Positions 31,280 to 41,812 of a stretch of DNA of 64,000 bases are shown here, piece by piece. This DNA is from Flavobacteriaceae bacterium (lineage in GTDB: Bacteria > Bacteroidota > Bacteroidia > Flavobacteriales > Flavobacteriaceae). The notes under the pieces are model-generated. The model was not told where the DNA came from, made no database searches, and was given only the letters and a program-made list of their open reading frames with translations. The stretch is from assembly GCA_002697255.1 (NCBI GenBank), contig NZUH01000017.1, positions 88 to 64,087 of the forward strand. Reading direction: 5' to 3'. The position numbers were made by a program, and so were the translations under genes. The first letter of the stretch is position 1. Each line of letters starts with the position of its first letter.

Positions 31280-32044
31280 CTAGAGGTATTTTATAAGATT
31301 ATCTAAAAACTCTTCACTATTATCAGCGTGTAGCCAATGACCCGAATTGGAAATTGTTATAAGTTTTGAATTTGGGAAAAAATGTGGAATTGATTTGATG
31401 TCTGAATCATTAATATAATCTGAGTTTTCACCCCTGAAAAAAAATGAAGGATTGGTGAACTGATTGTTTGAAATTATTTCACTTCCAATTTTGTCGATAT
31501 TAGCGTAAAGAGATTTTAAATTAAATCTAAAATTTAATTTCTGAGGTGCACTCCAGAATAAATTTTTTAATAAAAAATTACGGAATGACACATCTTTAAT
31601 TGATTCAGAAAGTTCATTTTCAACATCAACTCTTTTATTCATTTTTTTAAGATCTAATTTCAAAAGAGCTTCCATAATATAATCATGGTGACTGGGATAA
31701 AATCGAGTAGAAATATCAATAATAAATAATTTAGATAGAAGCTTTGGGTGGTTTAATGCAAAATTCATTGCTGTCTTACCTCCCATAGAATGACCTAAGA
31801 TTATGGGTTGATCAATATTATGAAATTTGAGATAGTCAACAAGATCATCACTCATAACATCATAATTAAATAGATCAGCATGAAAACTTCTTCCGTGGTT
31901 CCTTTGATCAATTAAATGTACTTTAAATCCACATTCAACAATCTTTCTTGCTATTGAAATCCAATTATCTCCAGATCCAAGAAATCCGTGTAGAATTAGA
32001 ACCTCTTTACCGGATGAACCTAATATTTTTGAACTAAGGATCAT
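31280..32044 (-). CDS. alpha/beta-fold hydrolase (esterase-like)
   Basis: 254-aa ORF with an HG oxyanion motif (LILHGFLGS) and a nucleophile elbow GHSMGG. Confidence 0.75.
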   Translation of the reverse strand: MILSSKILGSSGKEVLILHGFLGSGDNWISIARKIVECGFKVHLIDQRNHGRSFHADLFNYDVMSDDLVDYLKFHNIDQPIILGHSMGGKTAMNFALNHPKLLSKLFIIDISTRFYPSHHDYIMEALLKLDLKKMNKRVDVENELSESIKDVSFRNFLLKNLFWSAPQKLNFRFNLKSLYANIDKIGSEIISNNQFTNPSFFFRGENSDYINDSDIKSIPHFFPNSKLITISNSGHWLHADNSEEFLDNLIKYL

Positions 32045-32047
32045 AAA

Positions 32048-32761
32048 TTAGGAAAGAAATCTAATGTATTTATTTATTGTATTTTCTAATCCCAAGAATA
32101 GGCTCTCAACAATCAGTGAATGCCCGATTGAAACCTCAGCAAGATCATTAATGTTTTCCTTAAAAAACTTAATATTTTTGAGCGATAGGTCATGGCCTGC
32201 GTTAATGCCAATTCCAGACTTTGAAATCTCAGATGCACAATCAGAATAGGATTTAATTACCTCCAAATTATTTTTTGCATATTCTTTAGCGAAATGCTCG
32301 GTAAAAAATTCGATTCTATCAGGACCAATTTCACAAACTGAATCTATATATTTTATCTCAGGGTCTAAAAAAATTGAAGTTCTAATATTATTAGACTTAA
32401 ATTCTCTTACAATCTCTTTTAACATATTTTTGTTTATAATTGTATCCCATCCTGAATTAGAAGTTATTGCATCAATTGCATCCGGAACTAAAGTAACCTG
32501 TGTAGGTTTTATATTATTAACGAGTTTTATAAATTTTTCTGTTGGATTGCCCTCAATATTAAACTCTCTGTAAACCACGTCTTTCAATGCAATCGCATCT
32601 GCATATTTTATGTGTCTCTCGTCTGGCCTTGGATGAATTGTAATTCCATCTGCCCCATATTGCTGAATTTTTTTTGCAAATTTTAATAAATCAGGATAAT
32701 TTCCTCCTCTAGCATTTCTTAAAGTAGCAATTTTATTAATATTAACGCTAAGATTTGTCAT
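32048..32761 (-). CDS. pdxJ: pyridoxine 5'-phosphate synthase
   Basis: 237-aa ORF with LSVNINKIATLRNARGG, ITIHPRPDERHI and NAGHDL motifs. Confidence 0.9.
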   Translation of the reverse strand: MTNLSVNINKIATLRNARGGNYPDLLKFAKKIQQYGADGITIHPRPDERHIKYADAIALKDVVYREFNIEGNPTEKFIKLVNNIKPTQVTLVPDAIDAITSNSGWDTIINKNMLKEIVREFKSNNIRTSIFLDPEIKYIDSVCEIGPDRIEFFTEHFAKEYAKNNLEVIKSYSDCASEISKSGIGINAGHDLSLKNIKFFKENINDLAEVSIGHSLIVESLFLGLENTINKYIRFLS

Positions 32762-32851
32762 GTGTAATTTTAACTAATTTGGTTTCACAAATCTAATTTA
32801 TTTTTACTTAATTTTGAATAAAATAATAATTACTAATCATCAGAAATAATT

Positions 32852-33724
32852 TTGAAAATTGCCCTTTTTACTAAAATAGATTTAAATGAAAATAATAATC
32901 ATATATTTTCGATAATCGAATCATTTATAAAAAATAAAATTGAATTTGAGATTGATGTTGATTCCTATGATGCAATTTCAAATTTAAATAACAAATTTAT
33001 CAGTGACAATACTGTTAAAAACTTTAAGAAATTAAATTCTAATTTTGATTATGTTATTTCTGTTGGTGGAGATGGGACTATTTTAAAATCAGCAAAAGAA
33101 ATTGGTGAATTATTAATTCCTATAGTTGGGTTAAATAAAGGAAGGCTAGGTTTTCTTGCAAATTCCAAGGTAGAAATCATAGATGATATTCTAAATAAGT
33201 TGAAAAAAAAAGAATTTAATATTTCTGAAAGATCAATAATTAAAGCTGAATTCGAAGGTTTAAATAAATTTGCATTAAATGAAATTTCTGTTTCTAGAAA
33301 AAATACCACATCTTTAATTACAATTGAAACAAAAATTGATCATCAATATCTTAATACATATTGGGCTGACGGATTAATTGTTTCAACTCCAACGGGATCA
33401 ACTGGTTATTCTTTAAGTTGTGGTGGTCCAATAATAATGCCTGATGCAAAGAATTTTGTTCTTACACCGATTGCTCCGCATAATCTTAATGCTCGGCCAT
33501 TAGTAATTTCTGACAGGAAAAAAATTGAGATTTCAATTAACGGAAGAGAAAACGAGTGTTTTATATCAGTTGATTCGAAAATTTATTCGATTTCCATAGA
33601 CTCCTCGGTTATTATTTCAAAAGCTTCTCACTACTTAAATATGGTGGAATTTAAAGATGATAATTACCTTAATACTCTACGGGAAAAATTAATGTGGGGT
33701 AAAGACAAAAGAACTGAGCAATAA
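32852..33724 (+). CDS. nadK: NAD+ kinase
   Basis: 290-aa ORF with a TTG start and GGDGT, NEI and STPTGSTGYSLS.GGPI motifs. Confidence 0.85.
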   Translation: MKIALFTKIDLNENNNHIFSIIESFIKNKIEFEIDVDSYDAISNLNNKFISDNTVKNFKKLNSNFDYVISVGGDGTILKSAKEIGELLIPIVGLNKGRLGFLANSKVEIIDDILNKLKKKEFNISERSIIKAEFEGLNKFALNEISVSRKNTTSLITIETKIDHQYLNTYWADGLIVSTPTGSTGYSLSCGGPIIMPDAKNFVLTPIAPHNLNARPLVISDRKKIEISINGRENECFISVDSKIYSISIDSSVIISKASHYLNMVEFKDDNYLNTLREKLMWGKDKRTEQ

Positions 33725-33773
33725 TTAATGATGTTTTTAGTTTTAAAATAAAAACAAAAATCTTTTTTGAAAT

Positions 33774-34457
33774 TTGAGAAATAATATAATAATACTTTCT
33801 GTTTTGATATTTAATTTTTCATATTCTCAGATATATGAAGTTGGATTTACAATTGGAAAATCTAATTTTATTGGAGATGTTGGAAATACAACTTTTATTA
33901 ACCCTGAATACAATGCCTATGGCGGAGTCATAAAATGGAATCGCAGCCCAAGACATGCATTTAGGTTCTCTTTTCTAAAAACTAAACTTGAAGCTAATGA
34001 TTTAGATTCAAGTGACCCTAGAAGAATTGAAAGAGGCTATAAATTTAAAACCCCCCTGAGTGAATTATCATTTGGAATGGAATTTAATTTTTTTGATTAC
34101 GACCTTCATGATTATGATATTCTTTTCACCCCTTATTTATATACTGGAATTATTTATTCTAATTTCAATGAACAATTATTAATAAACAATATTATTTCTG
34201 ATTCTTCGAAAAAAATATCGACATTAGGAATTCCAATAGTGATTGGTTTGAAACAAAGAATACTTTATAATTTTATTTTAAGTTTTGAAGCTGGAGCGAG
34301 ATACACATTCACTGACAAAATTGATGGTAATAGCTATAATTCAAACGGAATAATATATAATTTTGGTAATATAAATAATAATGACTGGTATATGTTCCTA
34401 AATTTAAATTTGACATATACGTTTGGTAAAAAACCATGTTATTGTAATATAGATTAA
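33774..34457 (+). CDS. DUF6089-like outer-membrane beta-barrel protein
   Basis: 227-aa ORF with a TTG start, a signal peptide and alternating beta-strand pattern. It sits in the conserved position between nadK and uppS seen in Flavobacteriia. Confidence 0.6.
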   Translation: MRNNIIILSVLIFNFSYSQIYEVGFTIGKSNFIGDVGNTTFINPEYNAYGGVIKWNRSPRHAFRFSFLKTKLEANDLDSSDPRRIERGYKFKTPLSELSFGMEFNFFDYDLHDYDILFTPYLYTGIIYSNFNEQLLINNIISDSSKKISTLGIPIVIGLKQRILYNFILSFEAGARYTFTDKIDGNSYNSNGIIYNFGNINNNDWYMFLNLNLTYTFGKKPCYCNID

Positions 34458-35194
34458 TGAGTCAAAAAAAAATAGATAAAGACAATCTACCTAAACACGT
34501 GGCTGTTATCATGGATGGTAACGGAAGATGGGCAAAGAAAAAAGGACTAAGAAGAGAATTTGGTCATAAAGCTGGAAGAAAAGCCGTTAAAAAAATTATT
34601 GAATCATGTGTTGAATTAAATATAAAACACCTTACATTATACGCTTTTTCAGTAGAAAATTGGAATAGACCAAAAATAGAAATTGATTTATTAATGCAAT
34701 TACTACTGCTTTCCCTTAAAGATGAGCTCAATAATTTAAACAAAAATAATATCAAGTTTAATACGATTGGTGATATTGGAAAAATGCCAAAAAAAATATT
34801 TGATTATTTAATTAAAGTTAAGAAGGAGACCAAAAACAACACTAAACTTACTTTGACGCTAGCTTTAAGCTATGGAGGCAGAAATGAAATAATAGATGCC
34901 GTTCGAAATATTTCAATGAAAGTTAAAAATAATATAATTTCTTTGAAAAAAATTGATGAATCCGTAATAAATGACCATCTTTACACCCGTCATTATCCAG
35001 ATGTTGATTTACTGATAAGGACTAGTGGCGAAAAAAGAATTAGTAATTTTTTATTATGGCAGATAGCTTATGCTGAGCTGTATTTTACTGCAAAATTATG
35101 GCCTGATTTTAATAAAAAAGACTTATTCAAAGCAATAATTAGTTATCAAAATAGAGAAAGAAGATTTGGGAAAACTAGTGAACAAATTAAATAA
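34457..35194 (+). CDS. uppS: undecaprenyl-diphosphate synthase (isoprenyl transferase)
   Basis: 245-aa ORF with HVAVIMDGNGRWA, FS.ENW.RP and RTSGE.R.SNFLLWQ.AYAE motifs. Confidence 0.92.
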   Translation: MSQKKIDKDNLPKHVAVIMDGNGRWAKKKGLRREFGHKAGRKAVKKIIESCVELNIKHLTLYAFSVENWNRPKIEIDLLMQLLLLSLKDELNNLNKNNIKFNTIGDIGKMPKKIFDYLIKVKKETKNNTKLTLTLALSYGGRNEIIDAVRNISMKVKNNIISLKKIDESVINDHLYTRHYPDVDLLIRTSGEKRISNFLLWQIAYAELYFTAKLWPDFNKKDLFKAIISYQNRERRFGKTSEQIK

Positions 35195-35205
35195 ATAAAT
35201 TTAGA

Positions 35206-37755
35206 TTGATGAAGCGTAAAAAATGTATTTTCTTTTTGTTTTTACTACTTTTTACTTTGTTTATTAATTCTCAAAATAAAGTTGAAAGGTATACAATTGG
35301 TGAAATAAAAGTTTCTGGTAATACTTCATTTAGTCCACTTACAATTATAACCTTTTCAGGATTAAGAGAAGGAGATGCAATTAGTATTCCTGGTGAAAGA
35401 ATCAGTAATGCAATAAAAAAATTATGGGGCTCTAACCTTTTTAGCTCAGTTAATATATACAAAAATCAAATTGAAGATGAAATCATTAATTTAGAAATTG
35501 AACTTTATGACCTTCCTGAACTTGCAGAGTTAAAAATTGATGGAGTTAAAAAAAGAAAAATTGATGAAATTATCAAAGAAAATAAACTTCAAACCGGAGT
35601 TAAAGTTACCGAAAATCTTATAACAACTACAAAAAACTATTTAGAGAATAAGTTTAAAAATAAAGGTTTTTTGAATGCTAAGGTATTAATAAAGACACAA
35701 GTAGTCGAAGATTCTACAAATAAATCTAAGGTTAAAATGTCAATAGATATTGTTAAAGGGAATAAAATTAAAATTAATACTATAAAATTTAATGGAGCTA
35801 ATCAACTTAAAGTTAAGTCTTTAGAAAAAGCAATGAAAAATACCAAAAGAAAAAAATTCTACAGAATTTTTAAAAGATCTAAATATGTGCCTCAAGATTT
35901 CAAAGAAGATTTAGTTAGTATTGTTGATAAATATAAAGAAAATGGATTTAGAGATGCAAGAATAATTTCTGATACCATATACAGTGAATTAGATAAAAAA
36001 ATTGATGTAGAAATATCACTAATTGAAGGTTCTAAATATACTTTTGGTGATATTAACTATTTAGGAAATAGTGTATATACTGATCAGCAATTAAATCAAA
36101 TATTAAAAATTAAAAAAGGGGATACCTATAACGGTATAGAACTTGAAAAAAGAATTGCTGACAGATCTAATCCAGATGCTAACGACCTTAGCAATCTTTA
36201 TCAAAATAATGGTTACTTATTTTCTTCAATAACTCCGGTAGAAGTTAACGCTGATGGAAATATTATTGATTTAGAAATTAGAATTAATGAAGGTAAACCT
36301 GCTTATTTTAATAAAATATCAGTAATTGGAAACAACAAGACTAATGATCATGTTATCTACAGGGAAATTAGAACCAGACCTGGCCAGCTATATAGTAAAG
36401 CTAATGTTTTTAGATCTCTTCGTGAATTAGGCCAATTAGGATTTTTTGATCCTCAATTAATTTCACCTGATTTTAAAAATATAAATCCTAATGACGGAAC
36501 AGTAGATTTAGAATATACCCTAGTTGAAACCGGGTCTAGTCAAATTGAACTCCAGGGTGGATATGGAGGCGGTGGATTTATCGGAACAATTGGTTTATCT
36601 TTTAATAATTTTTCTATTAAAGATATATTTAAAAAAGAAGCATATACCCCTATTCCAATGGGTGATGGTCAAAGATTAGCACTTAGATTACAGGCCAGTA
36701 GATTTTACACTGTAAATAGTTTTAATTTTACTGAGCCTTGGCTTGGAGGTAAAAAGCCAGTACAATTTTCAGTACAGTTATCCCAAACTAAACAATTTAT
36801 GTTTAATCCATATAATTATACAGCAGATAAATCTAGATATTTTAATATCTCTGGTCTTTCTGTAGGATTAGCGAAGAGATTAACCGTTCCTGATGATTAT
36901 TTTACTTTATCCCAATTTATAGGATATCAATTTTATGATCTTAATGATTACAACACAGGGCTTTTTACATTTGGAAATGGATCATCAAATAATCTTTCAT
37001 ACACTGTCGCATTGAGTAGGAATAATACATTTACAGATCCAATTTACCCTACGGGAGGTTCAAACTTCACCATCTCTGCTAAGCTAACATTTCCTTATTC
37101 AGCCTTTAATAAAGTAGATTATCAATCGCTAAAAAATGAAAGGCAAGATCTAGTAGATCAACTTGCAAATGATCCGTCAAATACTAGTGCAGGTGAAAGA
37201 ATTGCAGAAATTGACCAAGAAAGGTATAAGTGGCTAGAATTTTATAAAATAAAATTTAAAGGCGAATGGTTTACAGCTTTAACAAAAAAACTTGTTTTAA
37301 GACCTTCCTTTGAATTTGGTTTTTTAGGTGCATACAATAATGACAGGGGAGTAATTCCATTTGAAAGATTCTTTCTTGGAGGTGATGGCATGGGTATGTA
37401 TAATTTAGATGGAAGAGAAAATATACCCTTAAGAGGGTATCCAAATCAATCTTTATCTGCTCAAGATGGTGGTTCGATTTATAATAAGTACTCTTTAGAG
37501 CTAAGATATCCAATAAGTTTAGGTGAACAAGCCAAGATTTATGCATTAACTTTTCTAGAAGGGGGATCATCTTACAATAATTTTAGAGATTTTGATCCTT
37601 TTTTGTTAAAAAGATCAGCAGGAATTGGAGTTAGACTATTTATGCCTCAGTTTGGTTTACTCGGTATTGACTTTGGACATGGGTTTGATCCTATCCCAGG
37701 TCAGTCAACAAAACACGGATGGGAAACACATTTTATTTTTGGTCAAAACTTTTAA
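35206..37755 (+). CDS. bamA: outer membrane protein assembly factor BamA (Omp85)
   Basis: 849-aa ORF with a signal peptide, POTRA repeats and a C-terminal Omp85 barrel. The track start is TTG at 35206; the ATG at 35209 is the more likely start. Confidence 0.9.
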   Translation: MMKRKKCIFFLFLLLFTLFINSQNKVERYTIGEIKVSGNTSFSPLTIITFSGLREGDAISIPGERISNAIKKLWGSNLFSSVNIYKNQIEDEIINLEIELYDLPELAELKIDGVKKRKIDEIIKENKLQTGVKVTENLITTTKNYLENKFKNKGFLNAKVLIKTQVVEDSTNKSKVKMSIDIVKGNKIKINTIKFNGANQLKVKSLEKAMKNTKRKKFYRIFKRSKYVPQDFKEDLVSIVDKYKENGFRDARIISDTIYSELDKKIDVEISLIEGSKYTFGDINYLGNSVYTDQQLNQILKIKKGDTYNGIELEKRIADRSNPDANDLSNLYQNNGYLFSSITPVEVNADGNIIDLEIRINEGKPAYFNKISVIGNNKTNDHVIYREIRTRPGQLYSKANVFRSLRELGQLGFFDPQLISPDFKNINPNDGTVDLEYTLVETGSSQIELQGGYGGGGFIGTIGLSFNNFSIKDIFKKEAYTPIPMGDGQRLALRLQASRFYTVNSFNFTEPWLGGKKPVQFSVQLSQTKQFMFNPYNYTADKSRYFNISGLSVGLAKRLTVPDDYFTLSQFIGYQFYDLNDYNTGLFTFGNGSSNNLSYTVALSRNNTFTDPIYPTGGSNFTISAKLTFPYSAFNKVDYQSLKNERQDLVDQLANDPSNTSAGERIAEIDQERYKWLEFYKIKFKGEWFTALTKKLVLRPSFEFGFLGAYNNDRGVIPFERFFLGGDGMGMYNLDGRENIPLRGYPNQSLSAQDGGSIYNKYSLELRYPISLGEQAKIYALTFLEGGSSYNNFRDFDPFLLKRSAGIGVRLFMPQFGLLGIDFGHGFDPIPGQSTKHGWETHFIFGQNF

Positions 37756-37789
37756 CAAAATAATTTAACGATTTAATCGTTTATATTTT

Positions 37790-38326
37790 ATGAGAAAAAT
37801 TTTTTTTATATTACTTTTTTTGTCTGTCAATATTACATTTTCACAGAGAAGTATGAGAATTGGATACATAGATACAGAATATATACTGCAAAATTTATCT
37901 GAATACAATGAGGTTTCTAAAAGACTTGATGAAAAAGCACTTTCTTGGAAAAAAGAGGTTGAAGGAAAATTAAGGATCATAAGTCAAAAGAAAGAAGCAT
38001 TAAAATCTGAGAGAATTTTATTAACCCCTGAATTAATTGAAGAAATAGAAAGTGAGATTGAATTTGAAGAAAAAGAAATAAGAGAATATCAACAGAAAAG
38101 GTTTGGGCCAAAGGGAGATTTATACCTTCAAAAGATGCAACTAGTCCAGCCAATTCAAGATCAAATATTTAACGCTATTAAAGAAATAGCTGAAAGTAAA
38201 GATTATGATTTTATTTTTGATAAATCAGCTGATATAGTAATGCTTTACAGTAATAAAAGACATGACATTAGCGACCAAATTTTAAGAATTATTACAAGAA
38301 AAAATAAGGAAAGAGATAGAAAGTAA
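37790..38326 (+). CDS. OmpH/Skp-family periplasmic chaperone
   Basis: 178-aa ORF with a signal peptide and coiled-coil-rich sequence, in the conserved position after bamA. Confidence 0.8.
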   Translation: MRKIFFILLFLSVNITFSQRSMRIGYIDTEYILQNLSEYNEVSKRLDEKALSWKKEVEGKLRIISQKKEALKSERILLTPELIEEIESEIEFEEKEIREYQQKRFGPKGDLYLQKMQLVQPIQDQIFNAIKEIAESKDYDFIFDKSADIVMLYSNKRHDISDQILRIITRKNKERDRK

Positions 38327-38415
38327 TGTAGTTTATCATTTAAATTTTTATTAAAAAATAAAATTTATAATTAAAGAAAACCAAAAGATTAGTACATTTA
38401 TAAAAATTTTAAAAA

Positions 38416-38925
38416 TTGATTATGAAAAAGATTAAAATATCCATACTAATATTACTAATTTCAGTTAGCTTTTCGTCGTACTCACAATCGAAAATTGCTC
38501 ACATAAACACAACTGAATTAGTTCAATCTATGCCAGATTATGCTAAGATGCAAACTGAAATAGAAAAAAAAGTAAAGGAATATGAAACAAGTATTCAAGA
38601 TCTTGTAAAAGGATGGGAAGAAAAAAGGAAAAAATATGAATCAGAAGCTCCTGAAAAGACTCCTGAAGAAAATCAAAAGAGAGCATTAGAAATTCAAGGA
38701 GATGAACAAAGTATAAGGCAATACCAAGCTCAAGCTCAGCAAGAATTACAAAAATTAGAATTTGAACTTCTAAAGCCAATTACAGAAGCTGCACAAAATG
38801 CAATTAACGAAGTAGCTAATGAACTAGATTTTGACTTTGTTTTAGACTCTACTCAGGGTCAAGGTGTTATTGTTGCTAACGGAAAAGATTTAATGCAAGA
38901 TGTTAAGAAAAAATTAGGATTCTAA
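38416..38925 (+). CDS. OmpH/Skp-family periplasmic chaperone (second paralogue)
   Basis: 169-aa ORF with a signal peptide and Skp-like coiled-coil pattern. The ATG at 38422 is the likely true start. Confidence 0.8.
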   Translation: MIMKKIKISILILLISVSFSSYSQSKIAHINTTELVQSMPDYAKMQTEIEKKVKEYETSIQDLVKGWEEKRKKYESEAPEKTPEENQKRALEIQGDEQSIRQYQAQAQQELQKLEFELLKPITEAAQNAINEVANELDFDFVLDSTQGQGVIVANGKDLMQDVKKKLGF

Positions 38926-38945
38926 TTCAAATAATATTTAATTTT

Positions 38946-38974
38946 AAAAAGCTGTCTTAGTGACAGCTTTTTTT
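38946..38974 (+). terminator. intrinsic terminator after the bamA-skp-skp unit
   Basis: aaaaagctgtc-ttagt-gacagcttttttt: a 6-bp GC-containing stem extended by A/T pairs, then a 7-T tract. Confidence 0.7.
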
Positions 38975-38984
38975 GTTTAAAAAT

Positions 38985-39761
38985 ATGGATAAACCAATTG
39001 GTATTTTTGATTCTGGTATTGGAGGAATTTCAATTTTAAATGAATTAACAAATGAATTAACAAAAGAGAATTTTGTTTATTTATCTGATAATTTAAACTG
39101 TCCATATGGTAATAAATCAGTACAAGAAATAATTAATTTAAGTTTGAAAAACTGCCATAAGTTAGTTGAATTAAATTGTAAAATGATAATTGTAGCTTGT
39201 AATACTTCTACAACTAATTCGATAAGCATATTAAGAAATAATATTGATATTCCTATTATTGGTGTTGAACCTGGTATAAAACCTGCAATAAATTATACTA
39301 AAACAAATAACATAGGTGTTTTAGCTACTGAAAAGACACTTGGAAGTAAACTTTTTTTTAATACCAGTAAAAATAATAATATTACAAATATTAAAATTCA
39401 TGAACAAGTTGGATATATGTTGGTAGAAAAAATAGAGAAAGGCTTAATAAATAATAAAAGTGTTGAAGGTTATCTAAAAAAATATTTGTCCAAGATGTTA
39501 AAAAATAATATTGACTGTCTAGTTTTAGGGTGTACTCACTATAATTTTCTAATTAATCAGATTAAAAAAATTATTCCTGAAAATATCAAATTAATTGACA
39601 CGATCACCCCTATTATTACACACGTAAAAAAAACTATTTCAAAATATAAAATAGCCAGTGACTCAAATTATAATGGAATAATAAAAGTTTTTTACAATGG
39701 AAAAACATTAAATAAAGAGTTTTTAAAAAAAAGATATTTAATCGAATATCTTGATTTTTAA
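38985..39761 (+). CDS. murI: glutamate racemase
   Basis: Motifs GIFDSGIGG, ACNT and GCTHY. I chose the ATG at 38985 (MDKPIGIFDSG) because the track start TTG 38973 lies in the T-tract of the upstream terminator. Confidence 0.85.
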   Translation: MDKPIGIFDSGIGGISILNELTNELTKENFVYLSDNLNCPYGNKSVQEIINLSLKNCHKLVELNCKMIIVACNTSTTNSISILRNNIDIPIIGVEPGIKPAINYTKTNNIGVLATEKTLGSKLFFNTSKNNNITNIKIHEQVGYMLVEKIEKGLINNKSVEGYLKKYLSKMLKNNIDCLVLGCTHYNFLINQIKKIIPENIKLIDTITPIITHVKKTISKYKIASDSNYNGIIKVFYNGKTLNKEFLKKRYLIEYLDF

Positions 39762-39762
39762 A

Positions 39763-40776
39763 TTACTTTATCCAAGGGCAGTTACAATCATATTTTTGTT
39801 TACGACAACCAAAATTGAACCCAAGAGTAAGTTGGTGATAGCCACCGTTATCAAAAATTATAGAATTTGATTGATAAGAATAAGTATATGCAAAAATAAA
39901 GCCATTTAATTCTAAACCTACCAGAGGTGTAATATACTTTAATTTTTGTTTCTTAATCTGATTTTGGTTATTTAAATACTCTGCACCATCAAAACTATTC
40001 CTGTATGAAAATCCGGCCCATAATCTACCAAAATCAGTTTCTCTGTATACTTTAAAATTGATGTCAGCAAAAGTCTCTTTAGTTCCATCTTTATGAGCAA
40101 ACATTAACGATGGTTCAAAATTCCAATTATTTGAGTTATCAGAAAATAAATAACCTGTAGAAAACAAATAAGTTCTTAAATTGTTATAACTAAGTCCTTG
40201 TTCATTAAAATTAATACCATCATTATTTAAAAGATTCTTAACTGAAGCATGTGCATAAAAATCAAGATATTGATATGAAAATCCAAAATCAATATTAAAA
40301 TCTGTAGCACTTTGTTCAACACCTGAAATTAGAGGGTCAAAACCTCCAGATAAAAATGAAGACTCGTCTAGTTTGTACTGAATTAGACCTGCACTTAAAC
40401 CAAAAGAAAGCATATCTAAATCTAGTTCACTTCTAGAAAACATAATATGATGTGCATAGGTAAAATATGCACCTGACTGAGAATGGTATCCATTTTGGTC
40501 TTTAAACGCAATGGCACCTAATGCAGATTTTGTGTCTCCTATTCGACCATTTATACTTACGGTTTGTAAATTTGGTGATTCATCTTGATCCATCCACTGC
40601 TTTCTACTAGTGAATCTAACTTTAGTACAGTTAGAAACACCCGCCATTGAGGGAAATAATAAGTAAAAGTTATCTGTTAAATAATCCGAATATATAGGAA
40701 GTCCTTCCTGAGAATATGTATTAGACTTTAAAAAAAGCGATAATAATACAAATATGATAAAGTGCTTTTTTTTCAT
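39763..40776 (-). CDS. PorP/SprF-family type IX secretion system membrane protein
   Basis: 337-aa ORF with a signal peptide, the N-terminal pattern Q..LPIYSDYL.DNFYLLFPSMAG and beta-barrel-like alternation throughout. Confidence 0.72.
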   Translation of the reverse strand: MKKKHFIIFVLLSLFLKSNTYSQEGLPIYSDYLTDNFYLLFPSMAGVSNCTKVRFTSRKQWMDQDESPNLQTVSINGRIGDTKSALGAIAFKDQNGYHSQSGAYFTYAHHIMFSRSELDLDMLSFGLSAGLIQYKLDESSFLSGGFDPLISGVEQSATDFNIDFGFSYQYLDFYAHASVKNLLNNDGINFNEQGLSYNNLRTYLFSTGYLFSDNSNNWNFEPSLMFAHKDGTKETFADINFKVYRETDFGRLWAGFSYRNSFDGAEYLNNQNQIKKQKLKYITPLVGLELNGFIFAYTYSYQSNSIIFDNGGYHQLTLGFNFGCRKQKYDCNCPWIK

Positions 40777-40914
40777 TTAACTAACCAATTTTAAATATTA
40801 ATAAAACATATTAGAATATAAAACGATCAAATATATAAATTTTAATAGACATATCTTATTAATAGTTTCTGTAAAGATTGATAATTATTATTTTTGTAAT
40901 TGTAAAAATAAACT

Positions 40915-41784
40915 ATGAAGTATAAAGTTACTATAGAAAAGACCCAAAATAAGTTCATTAACAAATTTGAAATAAATAATTTTATAACAAATCATGTGAG
41001 CTATGAATACAATAATATTGATGATGCTAAAAATTCAAAATTAGGCCAGGAACTTTTTTATCTGCCATTTGTAAAAAAAGTATATATAACTCCTTCATTT
41101 ATATCTATTGAAAGATTTAATATCATTGATTGGGATCAAGTAGAAGACGAAGTCAAAAATTTAATTGAAAACTATTTAAACAGTGGTCAAGAAGTTATTT
41201 CAAAAATAAAAGAGAAAAAAAACAATCCAATTTCTATATACACGGAAAGTACACCAAACCCAGCAGTTTTAAAGTTTGTATCAAACAAATTAATTGTTGA
41301 AAATAACTTAGAATTTAATAATATTGATGAAGCTCAAAATATGGAGTTTGCAAAAAAATTGTTTGAGTTTTCTTATGTAAAAAATATTTTTCTAAGCAAA
41401 AACTTTGTTTCAATTACTAAATATGAAATTAAAAAATGGGATGAAATTGTTCACGAATTAAGAATTTTCATAAAAAATTACTTAGAGAATAATAAAATAT
41501 CTGAGACTTTAGTTAAAAAAGAAAAAGCAGATATTAAATTAGACAATACATCTGAAAAAATAATTTCTATTTTAGATGAATACATTAAACCTGCCGTTTC
41601 GTCTGATGGGGGTAATATTTTATTTGACTCCTATGATTCTGAAAAAAAGTTAGTGAAAGTGATTTTACAAGGAGCATGTAGTGGTTGTCCATCATCTACA
41701 ATAACACTAAAAAACGGAATTGAAAATATGTTAAAGGAAATGCTCCAAGGTCAAGTAGAAACCGTTGAGGCCATAAACGGATAG
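40915..41784 (+). CDS. NifU-family Fe-S cluster protein (two Nfu_N-like repeats plus a NifU C-terminal domain)
   Basis: 289-aa ORF. The C-terminus is IKPAVSSDGGNI........LVKV.LQGACSGCPSST.TLK.GIE, and two similar ~85-aa N-terminal repeats are present. Confidence 0.8.
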   Translation: MKYKVTIEKTQNKFINKFEINNFITNHVSYEYNNIDDAKNSKLGQELFYLPFVKKVYITPSFISIERFNIIDWDQVEDEVKNLIENYLNSGQEVISKIKEKKNNPISIYTESTPNPAVLKFVSNKLIVENNLEFNNIDEAQNMEFAKKLFEFSYVKNIFLSKNFVSITKYEIKKWDEIVHELRIFIKNYLENNKISETLVKKEKADIKLDNTSEKIISILDEYIKPAVSSDGGNILFDSYDSEKKLVKVILQGACSGCPSSTITLKNGIENMLKEMLQGQVETVEAING

Positions 41785-41812
41785 AAAGTAATCTATTTTG
41801 TATTTTTGAGTA

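Noticed and set aside
38973-38984. TTG start for murI at 38973
   Set aside because: It falls inside the U-tract of the terminator hairpin at 38946-38974. The ATG at 38985 gives the canonical MDKPIGIFDSGIGG start.
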